Notes: generated by a model from the letters alone, not told the origin. Positions 1 through 14,131 are shown, numbered from the stretch's first letter. The stretch is DNA of 64,000 nt from Callorhinchus milii (GCF_018977255.1 NW_024704742.1:100814001-100878000); one strand, 5' to 3'. Made by a program: numbers and translations.

Positions 1-170
1 GGTCACTTCAATGCACGACTGTTTGTGGGACACTGCCGGGCACAATTTGGCTCCTGCATTTCGCCCACAAATATACAGTCAATTCACTTTACAGTATATT
101 CTGTGAAGCATATTGAAATGTCTAGAAGATGTGAAAAGCGCTATATCAAATGCAAGGATTATTATTATTA
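1..170 (+). mobile_element. 3' half of tRNA-derived Deu-type SINE, cut by window edge
   Basis: Body TGTTTGTGGGACACTG...CAATTTGGCT...CCCACAAAATATACAGTCAATTCACTTTACAG and tail GCGCTATATCAAATGCAAGG(ATT)n, the same layout as the full copies at 46540 and 58250. Confidence 0.9.
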
Positions 171-938
171 AGTTTTCCAAAAGTGTTAAAAAAATATTTT
201 TTTCTTACACTTCTGGTGAAGAAGTATTGATTCATTCATTTTTGATTAATGAATGATATTTAGGGTCTGATGAATTATTGTATTACCGAGAATGTTTGTT
301 TTTATTTTAAAACATATATTAATCAACTATCTTTGAGATGCTTTCTTATGTGAAAGTTTTCGTTGTTGTAGTTTCTGATAAATGTACTAAATTTGTGCTT
401 CTTTATGATGTCGATCCAGTTTTTAACACAAATCTGTTATTTATTCCTAAGACAAACACTTAACAATAATTGACAAAAACAACAACAACAGCAAGATTCC
501 ATTTATAAAAGATCACCATAAAGCTGTGCCAATGAAATTATCTCAGACACAAGACTATTGATGGTATAGTGAGGAAATACAAAGGCGAATTATGTCGGAT
601 TACATACTTAGAATAATAAGAATAAGAATAAGAATATCAACTTGCTTATATGTAGCGTCCTTCACACAGGGTAACGTCCTGGAACGCTTGACAATAGAGG
701 AGTCTGACCCCGAGCCAGAGGGAGAGGGATGGGAATAAGAAATAGTGTGAATTAGATTCCATGATTCCTAATAGAGCCACTTGTTTATTCCAAAAAAGAA
801 ATGCTAAAACCATCTTCAAAGTGTGCCTCTTGCAGTGTGTATTGGGGAGAAGGCCCATTAATTGCTAGAGTTCATTTACATTGTAGTTTAACATAATGGT
901 GAATGTACTAGGTTAAGGTTAAGACTTGGAATCCTGAT

Positions 939-1848
939 ACAACAACAACAACTTGCATTTATATAGTGGCCTCCACGCGGCGGCATCCTGGAGCCTAATG
1001 CCGAGCCAGAGGTGACCATAAGCACGGTCAAAGAGGAAGATCTTCAGGCGTAACATGAAAATGGGGAAACAGGGGGCAATGGGAACGGTTTGAGGGAGGG
1101 AGTTCCATAGATTTGGGGGTATAGTGACTGAAGACACTGCCACCGATGGTGGAGTGGAGGATTCGAGGGACAAGGAGGAGGCTGGAGCCAGTAGAGTGGA
1201 GGGAGCAGGTAGTGCTGTGAGAAAAGAGTTGGTTGGAGATAGGGGGGTGCCAAGGCGTGGAGGCATTTAAACACCAGAGTGATGATCTTGAAGTCGATTC
1301 ACTCTATGACGGGAGTCAGTGAAGGTTGGCAAGGACTGTAGTAATCAGGGTGCAGAGTTTATTGTGGGTGAGAATGTGGGCAGCGGAGTTTTGGATGAGT
1401 TGAATTTTGTGAATAATTCATGAGGGGAGACTAGCAAGGAGGGCATTAGAGTAGTCCAGCCAAGAGGTGACGAAGGCATGGGCAAGGATTTCGGCAGTTT
1501 GTGGAGTGAGGCATTGTTGGAGATGGGCAATGTGGCAGAGATGGAGGAAAGCAGACCTGGTCAGGGACTGGATGTGGGGCAGGAAGGATAACTGGGGATC
1601 AAACCTGATGCCTAAGTTGTGCACAGGTTCCGAGAGTTTTAAAGACAGATAAGGTAGATTGAGAAGATTGGAACCGTAGGATAGTAGACGTCAATGGGAG
1701 CCAGAGCGTATGGCTTCTGTTTTGTTGACGTTTAACTGCAAGAAATTTGCACTCATCCAGGCCTTGATGTCTCTCAGACAAGCTACAGAACATCAGGGGA
1801 CTAGGAACCACAGCTGGAGGAGGAGAAGTAGATTTGTATGTCATCCGA
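939..1848 (-). mobile_element. L2-clade LINE, 3' part, decayed
   Basis: Minus-strand frames give NLGIRFDPQLSFLPHI, AEILAHAFVTSWLDYSNALL and LWNSLP...LKIFLF (typical L2 ORF2 C-terminus); 3' tail TATATAAATGCAAG(TTG)n. Confidence 0.9.
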
Positions 1849-1849
1849 C

Positions 1850-2722
1850 AAGCAAAGAGTTTGCATAGTCGAGCCTCGATGTAATGAAAGCATGTTTGAA
1901 GGTTTCAGTGGCCTGCAGTGTGAGACAATGTCAGAGCCAGGCGACGTTGCAGAGGTGGGGGAAGGCAAAGTGTGTCATGGTGCAGATGTGCGGCAGAAAG
2001 GATAGTTGGGGGTCAAACAAGACCCCAAGGTTCCAGACTGGCTTAGCAGGTGGAGTGTGCAACCATGGATGGTGATGCTGTCAGCGCCTGAGATGAGGAG
2101 GCACTGTCGGGAGCCAATCAGGAGAGGCTCGGTGTTGTTGACATTCAACTGAATAAAATTAGCTCTCATCCAGGACTTGATGTGTGACAGACATTCTGTC
2201 AGGACAGCAGTGGTCCTGGAGTCAAGGGTGGAGGCAAAGAGGTAGAATTGGGTGTCATCTGCATACATGTGGAAGTTGACCCCATGTCTGCGGATGATGT
2301 CACCAAGAGAGAGCATATAGATATTGAAGAGGAGGGGACCAAGAACAGAGCCCCGAGGAACGCCGCACGAGATGGTGCAGGGGCTAGAGGAGAAGCCGTT
2401 TATAGAGATAAAGTGGCGGTGTGAGAAGTAGAATTTGAACCAGTCAAGGACAGAGCCATGAAGGTTGAGGTGAGAGGGAGGCGGTGGATGAGGATAGAGT
2501 GGTTGATGGTGTAGAAGGCAGCAGAGACATAAAGGAGGACAAGGAGGCAGAGGGAGCCCAGGTCGCTGATGGACTGAATGTCATCTGTCACTTTGACCAG
2601 CCCTGTTTCTGTGCTGTGGGAGGCACGGAAACCTGATTGAAGGGATTTGTGAAGGGAGTGTTGGGAGAGGAAGGAGCGAAGCTGGGAAGCAACAACTTGT
2701 TCCAGGATCTTGGAGAGATCTG
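1850..2722 (-). mobile_element. Second L2 copy containing the RT core, frameshifted
   Basis: LQSGFRASHSTETGLVKVTDD, GVPRGSVLGPLLF and FHMYADDTQFY motifs. It overlaps in homology with 939-1848, so it is a separate copy. Confidence 0.9.
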
Positions 2723-2840
2723 CCACGTTTCACCCACAAAATACACAGACACTACACTTTACAGTATATTCTGTGAAGTGCTTTGAGACATCATGGAGAC
2801 AGGATAAGGCGGTATATCAAATGCACAAATTATTATTATC
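2722..2840 (+). mobile_element. SINE 3' fragment
   Basis: CCCACAAAATACACAG...GTGAAGTGCTTTGAGAC...TATATCAAATGCA(ATT)n. Confidence 0.8.
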
Positions 2841-2989
2841 ATGATTAATAATGGGGAAGGTTCAGAAGAGCAATGACCATAGCTGCATCAATAAAATTGG
2901 ACCTGGTGGTTCCTCCAGTGGAGAGAGAGCTTTCCTTCTCCTCTTTTACTCATGACCACTCTTTCGTTCTATGCACATATTCATTGCTT

Positions 2990-3420
2990 TTCATTCGAAT
3001 ATGCATTATATTCTACATTAAAATACATCTGCCACTCATTGGCCCATCTGCTTAACTGGTTCCGACTTTCAGTGCTTTTTATTCTCATAATATTCACCTG
3101 CACACTTAGCTTGAGATCATCTGATTTGTTTTTACAATATTATTAAAAAGGAATCTTGTCCAAGTGATTTATGAATAGAGTAAACAGAAGGGGATCCAAA
3201 ATAGCACCCTCTGGAACTCAACTTGTCACTGTCCTAACAGATGGAGCCTTTTCTATTAATCATCACCTTCTGCTTTCTATTGTGAGGCCAATTAACCGTG
3301 CCAGAAAATCTTGCACCAAAGTGAAAGGCACATCTTAATAGTTGAAAGAGGGGCTGTTCAGATGACTTCAAAACTGAAGGAAAACAGTATAATAAAGAAC
3401 TGCTCATAACATCAGTACCT
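2990..3420 (-). mobile_element. Ancient CR1-like RT fragment
   Basis: Minus strand RKQKVMIN... and VPEGAILDPLLFTLFINHL resemble the RT motif GVPQGSVLGPLLF. Confidence 0.65.
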
Positions 3421-4279
3421 TCCAAATGCTGAACTAAGACTCATTGTCCAGAGACTGGATACATGAGTGAAGGGAGAACGTAAGACATGAAATCCCAAAA
3501 GACAATTCAGACAACACAGGAGAGATTGAGAGAATAGTTTAACATCAATTCTTTTTGCTGAAAGGAAATAATTGCATTTGATCTTCTCAGGCCCTTTCTG
3601 TTCTGGAGAAAACCACCAATGCTGTGTCTGGAGGAGACGATTCATACTTTGTACAATTGATACTGGGGCTCAGACGATAATGAGAAATTAATAAAGGAAG
3701 AATAAATGGAACCAGAAACTTTCTTCATCCAGACCAGTCTTGTAATCTTGTGAAATCTGCTGACATTTAATTTCTTTCTTCATTTGTTTTGGCCTCTTTG
3801 CCTGCCAAAGTTTTGCATGCTTGCTTGGGTCCTCACATCCTTTTGGACATTGGCCCCATTCACCATGGTGGGTCCAGCCAATTGACACTTCTGGGAACAT
3901 GGTCTGCTTGAAGCTGCCTCTCCTCCGGAATTTACTATATGTCTTGTCTTCGAAGCTGATGGTTTTGATTTGAAGCATTAAATCTCAGTTCTGTGTTTCA
4001 TTGTTGACTGAATTCAGTGTTTCGATCATTGTAGCTGATTTATTGCACTATTTGTATTTATGGTTAAAAATTCTATAAATAAAATGTCCCAAAAGGAAAC
4101 ACGGGAAAACAAGCCATGCTTCAACTGACTCAATTTTTCTGGTTGATAATACAGAACAAATCTCATATTATATTTCATTCTTTAGGGAAACGGGAGAGGG
4201 GACAAAAAATCAATTAAGTGAATCCATGCAGGAAAAAATCTACCATTCTCAGAATTGCAATTTTGATATTTCGAGAAGC

Positions 4280-4530
4280 TCTCAGAGCTGAACTTGTTAC
4301 ATTGGAACAAATGAGATTGTGAGAGGATTTGATCCAGGTCATAAATAATGAGAAGCATGGACAACGTAGATGTAAGCAGGCTATTTGACTTAGACTGTGA
4401 GAATTATTAGGTTTAAAATCTTATAGCCTTACAAGAATTTGTTTCTCTTCCCAGAGTAATGGATATTTAGAATCCACCCCCCCCTCCAAAAACAAAAATA
4501 GTTGATGCTACATCAACTAATTCAATAACA
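4280..4530 (+). mobile_element. Old CR1 3'-end fragment
   Basis: Degenerate match to the CR1 ORF2 C-terminus (RGDLI...KIM...D.VD..RLF) seen better preserved at 12190-12450. Confidence 0.55.
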
Positions 4531-5279
4531 ATTGGAGGATTGCCATCCAATTTCCCAATGCTATGTCTATAATGTCAGAATCATTGTTAAGGTTCCCACC
4601 TACCTCTGCTTCATGTGTGTTTGCAGCTCATTATTGCTCTCTAACCTCAAAGGGACCCGCTCCATACATTCTTTTGATTGCAGTACGCTCCATCACTTAC
4701 TGTATAAAGAACCTTGTAGTCATCGCGCATGCTGTAACCTGTTCAAATGTACTGGCATGAGATGGCAGTATCACACATGTCATCCCAATCCCAATCAGGT
4801 ATGATTCTAACAAGCTGTTCAATGCTTGAAATAATGGAACAATTTTCTCAATACTCAGGAAATTCCTCTGACTACAGATTTAATTTCAATATTTTCTGTG
4901 TTTGATTAAATAGTTCAACCTGCAAATTGTTAGTTAAGTTTTGTGTAGCATAATTTAAAACACTCTTTTGATGAGAGACAACAGAAGTCAACATCAATTT
5001 AGATTTTGTCACCCTAGTTGTTCCCGAAGATTTCAATGAGGACAGCATTGCTGTTTACAAATGCAAAAATCAGATACTCCAGGATTATTTATAGAATACA
5101 GACCTACCTCATATTGATTAGGCCTTTTTCCATGAGTAAGTTTAGAAAGGCTATTTTTTTGAGATCAAAAATGATCACCGCTACGCAGATTCCAAGATAG
5201 TGTCACCTCGGGCCTATCAGTCACATCAGGGAGCTCCTGTTACTCAGAAGTAGACGGGAATTAGATCCATGACATTTTT

Positions 5280-5620
5280 AACATTTACAGCCATTCAGCC
5301 CCACTAGTATGTAATAGTCCACATGAACTCCACCTACTCTTTATTTCCTCCAATACACTTCTATTTCCCTCTCCCTCATTTGTACATCTGGCTTCCTCTT
5401 GAATGAATCTATAAAATCTACTTCAACCACTATGAGGGTCAAAATTCCTAAACACATTCCACCCCTTATTGTCGGGTAATCGTTGTATAAGGTAGTGACG
5501 AGGGGTCGAGCTCCATATTCTCATTACCTTCTGTGTGAAGACGTTTCTCCTATAGTCTCTTTTAGATCTCCTAGTCACTATCTTATACTTGTGTCTCCTG
5601 GTTACGACTCCCCCGACAAT
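5280..5620 (-). mobile_element. Old CR1 3'-end fragment
   Basis: Minus strand contains TTCACACAGAAGGTAATGAGAATATGGA...GTGGTTGAAGTAGA...TTCAAGAGGAAGCCAGA and the 3'UTR motif GGGCTGAATGGC. Confidence 0.6.
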
Positions 5621-8600
5621 AAGGGATGGAATGTGTTTAGGAATTTTGACCCCATGTTGCTTTATGAATTACATCCTTCACTACAATCAAATGCTTAAAT
5701 CTTATTCTGTTTTATCCAGATGAAGAATTGCTGCTTCCGGGATAAACCATTACAGCCCACATACAGTTTGATACTTCTCTCGAAATGGCAGTACACAGTT
5801 CAGTTTTAATATTCAGATTTGGATTGAGATACTGTAGTTTGTTTCAGGCCAAAAGTTAATACAGGCTAACCATTGGAAAATAATAATGCAATAAAATAAA
5901 AACAATCAAAATGTTAGTGTCAAATAAATCAGCAATAATAAATACCCCAGTTAGATTCATTTGTACCTATAATATTATTGTAGTATTTCTGTTTGATAGA
6001 AGAGTTTTATCTCAAGTGCATTCCCAGTGCTTTGAATCTAATTTCTTGAATATACCAGTTACACTAAAAATGCTATTAAATTAAGCTATTGTTGGTTTGG
6101 AGTATCCTCTCTAATGCACTGATTTGTTTGAAGGAATGCTGCAGAGTTTAAAAAATATTCTGTATGCAATAGACTTTCTAAGACAAAATCTAAAGCAAAA
6201 CAAAATGAATATTAATAAGGCAAGATAAAATACAGAATCCAATATACATTAAACAGCGTAATGGTGGCACTTGCACATGACTAATAATATGCTTTGCCTA
6301 TAAAAGGTCTCTCACTGGTAATTGAAAAGATTGTTCCAGGATAAAAATATGATCATACTTGTGTTCTAGTCTGAACAGTCCTCTTTAAAATCTGATAATG
6401 CAGCACACACCCAGTCCGCAACCAGGAGACACAAGTATAAGATAGCGACTAGAAGGATCTAACAGTGGATTTAAGAGAAATGTCTTCACACAGAGTGTAG
6501 TGAAAATGAACTATGAGTTCAAAATCCTGACACTGGGCTTAACTTTTTTGACTCAGAAGCAAAATTGCTACCAACTGAGGCAAGCTGAAACACTGTGATG
6601 TTAAATGGAAGAACTGTGTGGGAAATAACGAGTGGAATTCACCCATAAAGCACACAGTCCACTCCAACTTACTCCACTTTACAGTATACCCTATGAAACA
6701 CTCTGAGGTGGCCTCCCGATGTGAAAGGTGCCGAACCAAATGTACAGATTATTATTATTATCCTCTTACTACCCTTCTGTTGATAATGATTTGCACAGGA
6801 CCCCTTGGATTGTTCGGTTTGATAATGATATCAAGCCAAGTTACCCGATGAATACAAGGAGCGAACATAACATTCATGCGGATCTGGATCAGTTAAGTAG
6901 ATAGGCTAAGTAGTAACAGATAAATTTTAATACTGTATAGATAAATCTGATATTTTAGATGTTTGTCCAAAAAACAAATACGTACACATAATCAAATGGT
7001 ATCGACCAGCAGATGCTAAGAATAAAGGAGATTTGCTTGGGGTTATTAATAATTCACTGAGGTTTCCAGTCAATGTGAAGCCACTGTCATTAAACCAAAT
7101 CTCCACCAGGCAAACACATCTCAATAGCATTTAATCATAAGTCCAGAGACGTTCTCATCACTGGTGAGTTCACACTTGGAATAAATGGGATGAAAAATGC
7201 GCGGGATGATGTGACAATTAACATCTCACAATGTCCTAACAATTATCTGGCTCCCCACAATATTGCTTTTGCTTTATTCACTCTCTTTCATATCATCATA
7301 TTTTCCCAGCAAAGCAATAGATTTCACGATTTTAAGTGCTCTGAGACACTACCCTGCAAGAAGGGCGCTATATAAGTGGAAGTTGTTGTTGTTGTACATT
7401 TCACCAACCGTATAAACAGCCCAATTCCACCTTGTTCATTCTGCGGAATGACTGTCAACAGCCTTTGAACAAATACATCCATCCACAAATAAAGAAAGCT
7501 GCTGCATGAAACAGAAAAAAAACAAGGAAAAAAAAGTAAACCTTAAGAATCATCTTTCATAGCCGGCCAGTCCTTGATTCATGATACAACATAGACAGGC
7601 ATCCTTTATTGATTAAAATAATCTCATTTGCATCAAACAAACAGATTATTGTTTCACAAGATTGTTGTTGATGATTAATCTTTAATTCAGAAAATAAATA
7701 AATTGTTACATATTTTATATTGCAGTGTTCAATTTGCCGAGCCAATTAAAATCAGATATACTCCTCATATGTTATCCTATGGATAATAGGATATTTACAT
7801 ACTCCAAAACCCAGATGAATTGTAAATCGTTCCTGTAATGATATGGTTCCACATTTGCAATTTTTCTGAAAGAATCATTGAAATGCAGACAAATTAATAA
7901 AACTCTTGCTGCTTTGCGTGGGGACCCAAATATTACATTATTAACATGCTGGAGATCTTCTTTAGCATTAAATTATTGTAAAATGTAATTTATTTTCTTC
8001 CTCTCAAAAGAGGCATGCAACAGTCAGATTGTATGTTTTAAAACTTGATGGGGAAATAAATAAATTTTGATCTCCTACATTTTTATACTTTTTATCTGCC
8101 AAACATTCTACCTTATTTCCCCTCCCTTCCTGAAGGTGCTGGTACCTAAATAATGATTTTTTACGCCTGAGCCTAGAAGGTGAATGTAGACAGGCCATGT
8201 TGATTCAATGTTATTTGACGATGCAACAGCAACAATTTGCATTCATATTGCACCTTTCATATAACATTGGAAAGAGTAGCAGCTGTGTATTTATAGGCAA
8301 ATGCAGCAACCCATTTTCGCACATTTGCACAAAGCATTGTCCCACAAACAACAACAACAGAACATCCCAAGGTCTGGACAGTCAGGGATTTGGACCCGAG
8401 CAGAGGGTTGGGATCAGGAGGAGTGGAGGGTAGGAGGGTCAACGCCTGAGACAAAGCTTGAAGGGGGCAAGAGAGGCAGCAAGGTAAAAGGACTGTGGGA
8501 TGGAGTTTCAAAGCGTGGGGGCAGAAAGGTTGAAGGTCAGACCGCCGAAGGTGGGACGGGTCGGATGGGGACGTGGAGCAGGCTAGAGTCTGGTGGTCTT

Positions 8601-9949
8601 ATTCGAACAGTAAAGGGAATTTCTCCCAATTGTTAATTGTTCTCTTTACCTATGATCCCCCAGAAATATTTGGTCATTCACTTTGTGGATGTTTGTGAGA
8701 CATTGCGGTGTGCAAATTGGTTGCTGCATTCATCTACAAAGATACAGTCACTACACTTTATAGTAAAATCCTGCAAAGTCTTTGAGATATTTTAATGACA
8801 TGATAAGGCACTATATCAAATGTAATGATTTAATAAAAACTTCCATGTGGGTTTAAAGTTCATATGATGTGTATGTGGGATGTGTGAGTTTGTCTCAGAC
8901 CGGTATTTGATTCTTTTGATTTGCCATAGGAGATTCTCTTCACTGAAATGAGAAATAGTCAGATTGTTCCAGACGTCTCAATCACTTTCTCCCTACCATT
9001 AGGACAATGGCCACCCCAAATAGGAGCATATCTTATGTTCCTGCCAGCTTCATCCTCCTCTGTATTTGGTTCAATCCCGTGTCAAGTCTCCTCGGGTGCA
9101 CACCACATAGCTGTTCTGAAAAAACACTCTGGCTACAATTAATTGTATATTTCCACCCAACGATTGGCTTAATTGCTCTTTTCACCCACTGGCAGTAAAG
9201 CTTATCTGTTAATATGAACCTGTGTTGAAATCCCAAAACCAATGTCAGTGCGGGTCTACTGAGACTTTATCCCTAGAATTGTTTTTCTGCATGGCAGAAA
9301 GTTTGCATTATAGTTACCAATGGGCATAACATTCCTCTTCCCACTTACCTTCTGGCGGTTTTTGACTCTAACACTCTGCACTAGAGCTTAATGTTATCTT
9401 TAAGTTTTCTAGCTTTGTTTCATAAATCAAGTGAATCACTTTGTGGCTTTGTGTTTCCCTAATTAGAAAGCCAGGCAATGTTTTACCACATAGCGTGTTG
9501 AATAATGATTGTTATTATGCTTTGACAATATTCCAGAGCCTTGGAGTCACTGTTCATTTCAGCCTGGGAGCCCATTCAGCTGAGCATAGTTGACTCACAG
9601 ACATACATGTGTTGTTTTAATTGCATTAAAGAGTGAAGATGTTGAACAAAAATATGAAAATCATTGAAAGAAAGAAAACAATCATGTCTACATTGGTTAA
9701 GCTGTAAGAGCTCCATCGATATTGGAATCCATGGGGAAATTCAAGTGATGGTGATAGACACTGAAGAACATGGAAAAAACAAGTAGAAAAAACCCAAGAA
9801 GAAAGCAATTTGAATTCTATGTTATATTGCCACTGGCACAAGACTAGTTAGCTAGTGAGGATATTAATGAAGTTGTAAAGATTTAAGTGTTTGTAGCTCA
9901 GTAACCCTAGTAAGACTAAGAACTACAATGGGATCTCACTGATGTCAGT

Positions 9950-10500
9950 GGCTCTTTGGGTAATCACGTGTATAGCAAATATTGGAGGCTTGTGGTTTGA
10001 TAAGGAAGGAGCAGGATGGTTTCTGTTCTTATGAGGAATGTGGCAGGTTGTGGCTTTGTATGAGATTGCAGAATGTCTTAAGGCTAATGGGAAATGTTGT
10101 GTTCATTGACTTCCACAAGGCTTTTGACCTAGTGCCTCATGAAACCCTCATGATGAAACTATGAAACATGGGAATACATGGCCAAATGTTGGATTTTATC
10201 CAGAATGTGCATTCCAGCTCCAAAATCTGTGTAACCCATTGACAGTGGACCCACTGAGCTCATCTCTCTTGAAAGGAAGGTAAGGCAGGGAATTGTCACC
10301 CACCCCATTTGATGAATTCATCAACAATGTGTTGGATGGCATTGAGGGGGACTGACTGATGTATGCATTCCGGACCTTTCTGAGAGAATTACGGTACTTC
10401 TGTTTGTAGACTACATTGTGCTGCTGGGAGAACACACCTGGGGACCTTTTGCGCTGCACCCGTCATCTTGAACACTGGGCCAACAAATGGGGACATGGTG
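9950..10500 (+). mobile_element. Ancient CR1-like RT fragment
   Basis: VFIDFHKAFDLVPHETLMMKL and LEHWANKWG motifs, heavily decayed. Confidence 0.7.
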
Positions 10501-10987
10501 GTAGGTGCCCCCAAGTGTGGAACCAGATTCTGCATGGCTCAAGAGAAGACTTTGAGGGTATTGATTGGAAGATAAAAGGACATCAGTCCCAATTGTTGAT
10601 TCTTATCAGTAACTGGAGGTTGTGGTGGACACCAACTTTTGCCTGAACACTGGCCTGAAGGGCTCTCTGGTTAATGCTTGGCCAATTATGTCTGTGCTGG
10701 AATTTACTTTATGTTGCCACCTCCGGCAATACAGCACACCTCCAGCACTGCATTGGAGTGTCAGCGAGTGAGTCAGCTACAGTGCTACAGTCAGAGACGA
10801 GAGAGCTACCAACTGTGTCAGGAAAAAACACACATAGGCTTGGATTAGGGTATGAGAGGCCCATAGGGAGAGCTAACAGCAGAGGTGGGCAATGTTTGGG
10901 AGCTGAAGTTTCCATTCTGATTTGGTAGCAAAGTTCCAATGGATTGTTATGAAAATTGTGACAAATTGGCACAAGAATACAGGATTG

Positions 10988-12668
10988 GGTTTGCGTAAAC
11001 TGTTAGCACTAAAAAGTGACAAATCCCCTGGCTTGCATCCCAGGGTTTTAAAAGAGGTAGCTTATGAGATAGTGGAGGCCTTATGTCTGATCTTCCAAAA
11101 TTCCTTGGATTCTGGAACAGTCCCCATGGATTGGAAGAACGCAAATGTCACACGACTATTTAAAAAAGGTGGAAAGGAAAAGATGGGGAACTATAGGCCA
11201 GTTAGACTAACATCAGTGACAGGAAAAAATTTAGAATCATTGATTAAGGATGTGGTAGTGCGGTATTTAGAGGAGCACAATATAATTAGGCCAAGTCAAC
11301 ATGGCTTTATAAAAGGGAAGTCATGTTTGACTAATCTCATAGAGTTTTTTGAGGATATTTCGAGTAAACTAGATAAGGGTGAATCAGTGGATGTGGTCTA
11401 TTTGGACTTCCAGAAGGCATTCGATAAGGTGCCGCATAAAAGGTTAGTCCAAAAAATAAGGGCCCATGGAATTGAGGGGAGCATATTAACGTGGATTGGG
11501 GAATGGTTAACGGGTAGGAAACAAAGAATAGGGATAAACGGGTCCTTTTCAGATTGGCGGGATGTGACTAGTGGAGTGCCACAAGGATCAATCCTTGGGC
11601 CTCGGCTATTTACCATCTATATCAACGATCTAGATGAGGACATCGAAGTTAACATATTTAAATTCGCGGATGACACAAAACTATGAGGAAGTGTCAACAC
11701 AGAGGACGACATTAAAAAAACTGCAGCACGACATAGATAGGTTAGGTGATTGTGCAGGTAGGTGACAGATGAAGTATAATGTAGGGAAGCGCAAAGTCAT
11801 CCACCTCGGTAGCAAAAACAGTAGAGCGGGTTATTTTTTAGAAGGGGAGAGATTGGAATGTGTTAGCGTCCAGAGGGACTTGGGTGTCCTTGTACACCAA
11901 TCACAGAAAGTTAGTCTGCAGGGGCAGCAGCAATTAGGAAGGCGAACGGTATGTTAGCATTCATTATGAAAGGATTAGAGTATAAGAGTAGGGAAGTCTT
12001 GCTGCAACTGTATAGGGCCCTGGTGAGACCACACCTGGAATACTCTGTGCAGTTTTGGTCTCCTTATTTAAGGAAGGATGTACTTGCCTTGGAGGGGGTG
12101 CAGCGTAGATTTACTAGGTTAGTACCAGGGATGAAGGGGATGAGTTACGAGGATAGGCTGACCAATTTGGGCCTATATTCTCTAGAATATAGAAGAATTA
12201 GAGGGGATCTTATAGAAACCTATAAGATCATCAAAGGGCATGATAGAGTAGATAGTGGGAGATTGTTTCCCCTGGTTGGAGAAACTAAAACCAGGGGTCA
12301 CAACCTTAAAATCAAAGGCCAGCCCTTTCGCACTGAGTTGAGGAAGAACTTCTTCACTCAAAGGGTGGTGAATGTATGGAACTCGATACCCCAAAGGGCT
12401 GTTAATGCTCAATCGTTGAACATATTCAAGACCGAGATAGATAGATTTCTTATTGCAAAAGGGATTAAGGGATATGGGGATAAGGCAGGGTTATGTTATT
12501 AGCTGGAATTAGATTAGAAGATCAGCCATGATTGAATGGCGGGGCAGGCTCGAATGGCCGAATGGTTTACTCCTGCTCCTACATGTTATGTTATGTTATG
12601 TTATGTTATGTTATGTTATGTTATGTTATGTTATGTTATGTTATGTTATGTTATGTTATGTTATGTTA
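10988..12668 (+). mobile_element. 5'-truncated CR1 LINE: RT domain, 3'UTR and (TTATG)n tail; inactivated
   Basis: [55 protein letters not shown] and FADDTKL followed by a premature TGA (11684); further stop and frameshifts; C-terminal RPHLEY...FWSPY...FFTQRVVNVWN; 3'UTR GGCCGAATGG. Confidence 0.97.
12583..12668 (+). repeat. (TTATG)n microsatellite tail of CR1
   Basis: About 16 perfect TTATG units directly after the CR1 3'UTR. Confidence 0.95.
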
Positions 12669-13404
12669 ACATGCTGGAGCCTAGCTTAAGAAGACTCTTT
12701 TGGCAAGATGTTGATTCGTGCTCCTGGAATGTAAATGCAGGCGGTGTAAATCAATTCGCCCTCTGTTCATGGTCTCTTAAAAGCTTTTATTGTTATTAAA
12801 GCGCTGATCACACACCCAGCTCTTTAATGACATTTTAAAAATTAAACTACTTGGTGCAACGCTACACATGAGCTTAAATTGCATAGAGCTCTGCCCAGCC
12901 CTCAGCAAATGTGATTCAAAGCAGGACTCATAAATCCACTTTCATAATTCATAGGTGCTGTTTGATAGTGGTTTGAATGGTAAGACACCCTCCTTTTGCT
13001 AAATTTGACCCATTTCCTTGATTGCACCAATATTATAGATTAATATTTTGAGTAGATTTATACTTCTACAATATCATTTTGTTTAAAAAACACAAGCGCG
13101 TACACATTTATCTAAGATACTGCCTCATGCAAAACACGAGATTAGGATATCAGTAAAAATGCAATGAGTTTGTGCTTCATCTGGCAAAGTTACCACGCAT
13201 TAATTTTAGATGTCTTTGATGTTAATATGCTCGTTTTTGTTTTCATTGACTAATGGTTGTTTATCCTTCCAGAAAGCACATAAAATATCATGTTGGAATT
13301 GTTTCTGTCAGCTCAAATTTGATCTTAGGCTTGAAGAAAAAGTTTTGGTTTTGTGAGGTGCATCTTTGCAGTTTCTTCATATTTCCCATCACTTCAGCTT
13401 TAAC

Positions 13405-13650
13405 TAAACCATTGAGGGCTGCCCCCGATGGAGCGGTGATAGAGCTGTATCTTACTAAACCATGAGCTCAATAGTTTATCCTTGGCTGAATTGCCCTATC
13501 TTTCTCTGGATTAAAGACCAGTGTATGTGTTTCATGTCCCTGCTTAGCAACCTCTCCTGATACTGTATGAGTGTGAGAAGTGTTGCCCTCTAAAGTGGCT
13601 GGGTGATGTTCACGTGAACAATGGTTATTTGGGTAAGCACCAGAAGGTAA
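13405..13650 (+). mobile_element. Very old SINE-like repeat of a second family
   Basis: Shares degenerate motifs (GCTGA.TT.GC; CA.GTGAACAATGG..A.TTGG) with segments near 15270, 38700 and 46280. Confidence 0.35.
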
Positions 13651-13784
13651 CTTTTTTTGACTGATAACAAATTATTTCACATTAATAATTCCCTGTCATG
13701 TTACAAAATTACATGTCGTACTTAAATACAAAAAGATTCTGCTTTCAGGTATGTTAGAATCGATGGAAGTTGGGAATGAATCTA

Positions 13785-14131
13785 ATAATCCTTGTATTTG
13801 ATATAACACCTTATCATGTCATAAAAACATCTCCAAGCACTTCACAGGATTTACTGTAAAGTTTAGTGATTATGTATTTGTAGGCGAACCCGGCAAACTA
13901 TCTGCACACAACAATCTCAACAACAAAGTGAATAACCAACTTTATCTGGAGGATTGTTAGTTAATATGCCAGAAGAAATTCCCTTCTCTTTTTGAATAGT
14001 GTCATGGGATCTTTTAACATCCTCCTGAACAGTCAGACAGGACCTCAGTTTGTCTTATCCAAAGGACATCACGTTCAACCTGCAGCACTCCCCGCCATTT
14101 CATTGGAGTGTCAGCCTAGACTATGAGCTCA
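13785..14131 (-). mobile_element. Old DeuSINE with long central domain
   Basis: Minus strand GGCTGACACTCCAATG...GTGCTGCA...GAGGTCCTGTCTGACTGTTCAGG...AAAAGATCCCATGACACTATTC and tail TATATCAAATACAAGG(ATT)n. Confidence 0.8.

Noticed and set aside
4532..4804. 90-aa Cys/His-rich ORF and a possible minus-strand mini-exon ending at GTAAGT
   Set aside because: No recognisable domain, weak acceptor and no partner exons
10922..12502. 254-aa and 183-aa RT ORFs as a functional or domesticated reverse transcriptase
   Set aside because: 5'-truncated CR1 with a stop right after FADDTKL, further frameshifts and a small deletion
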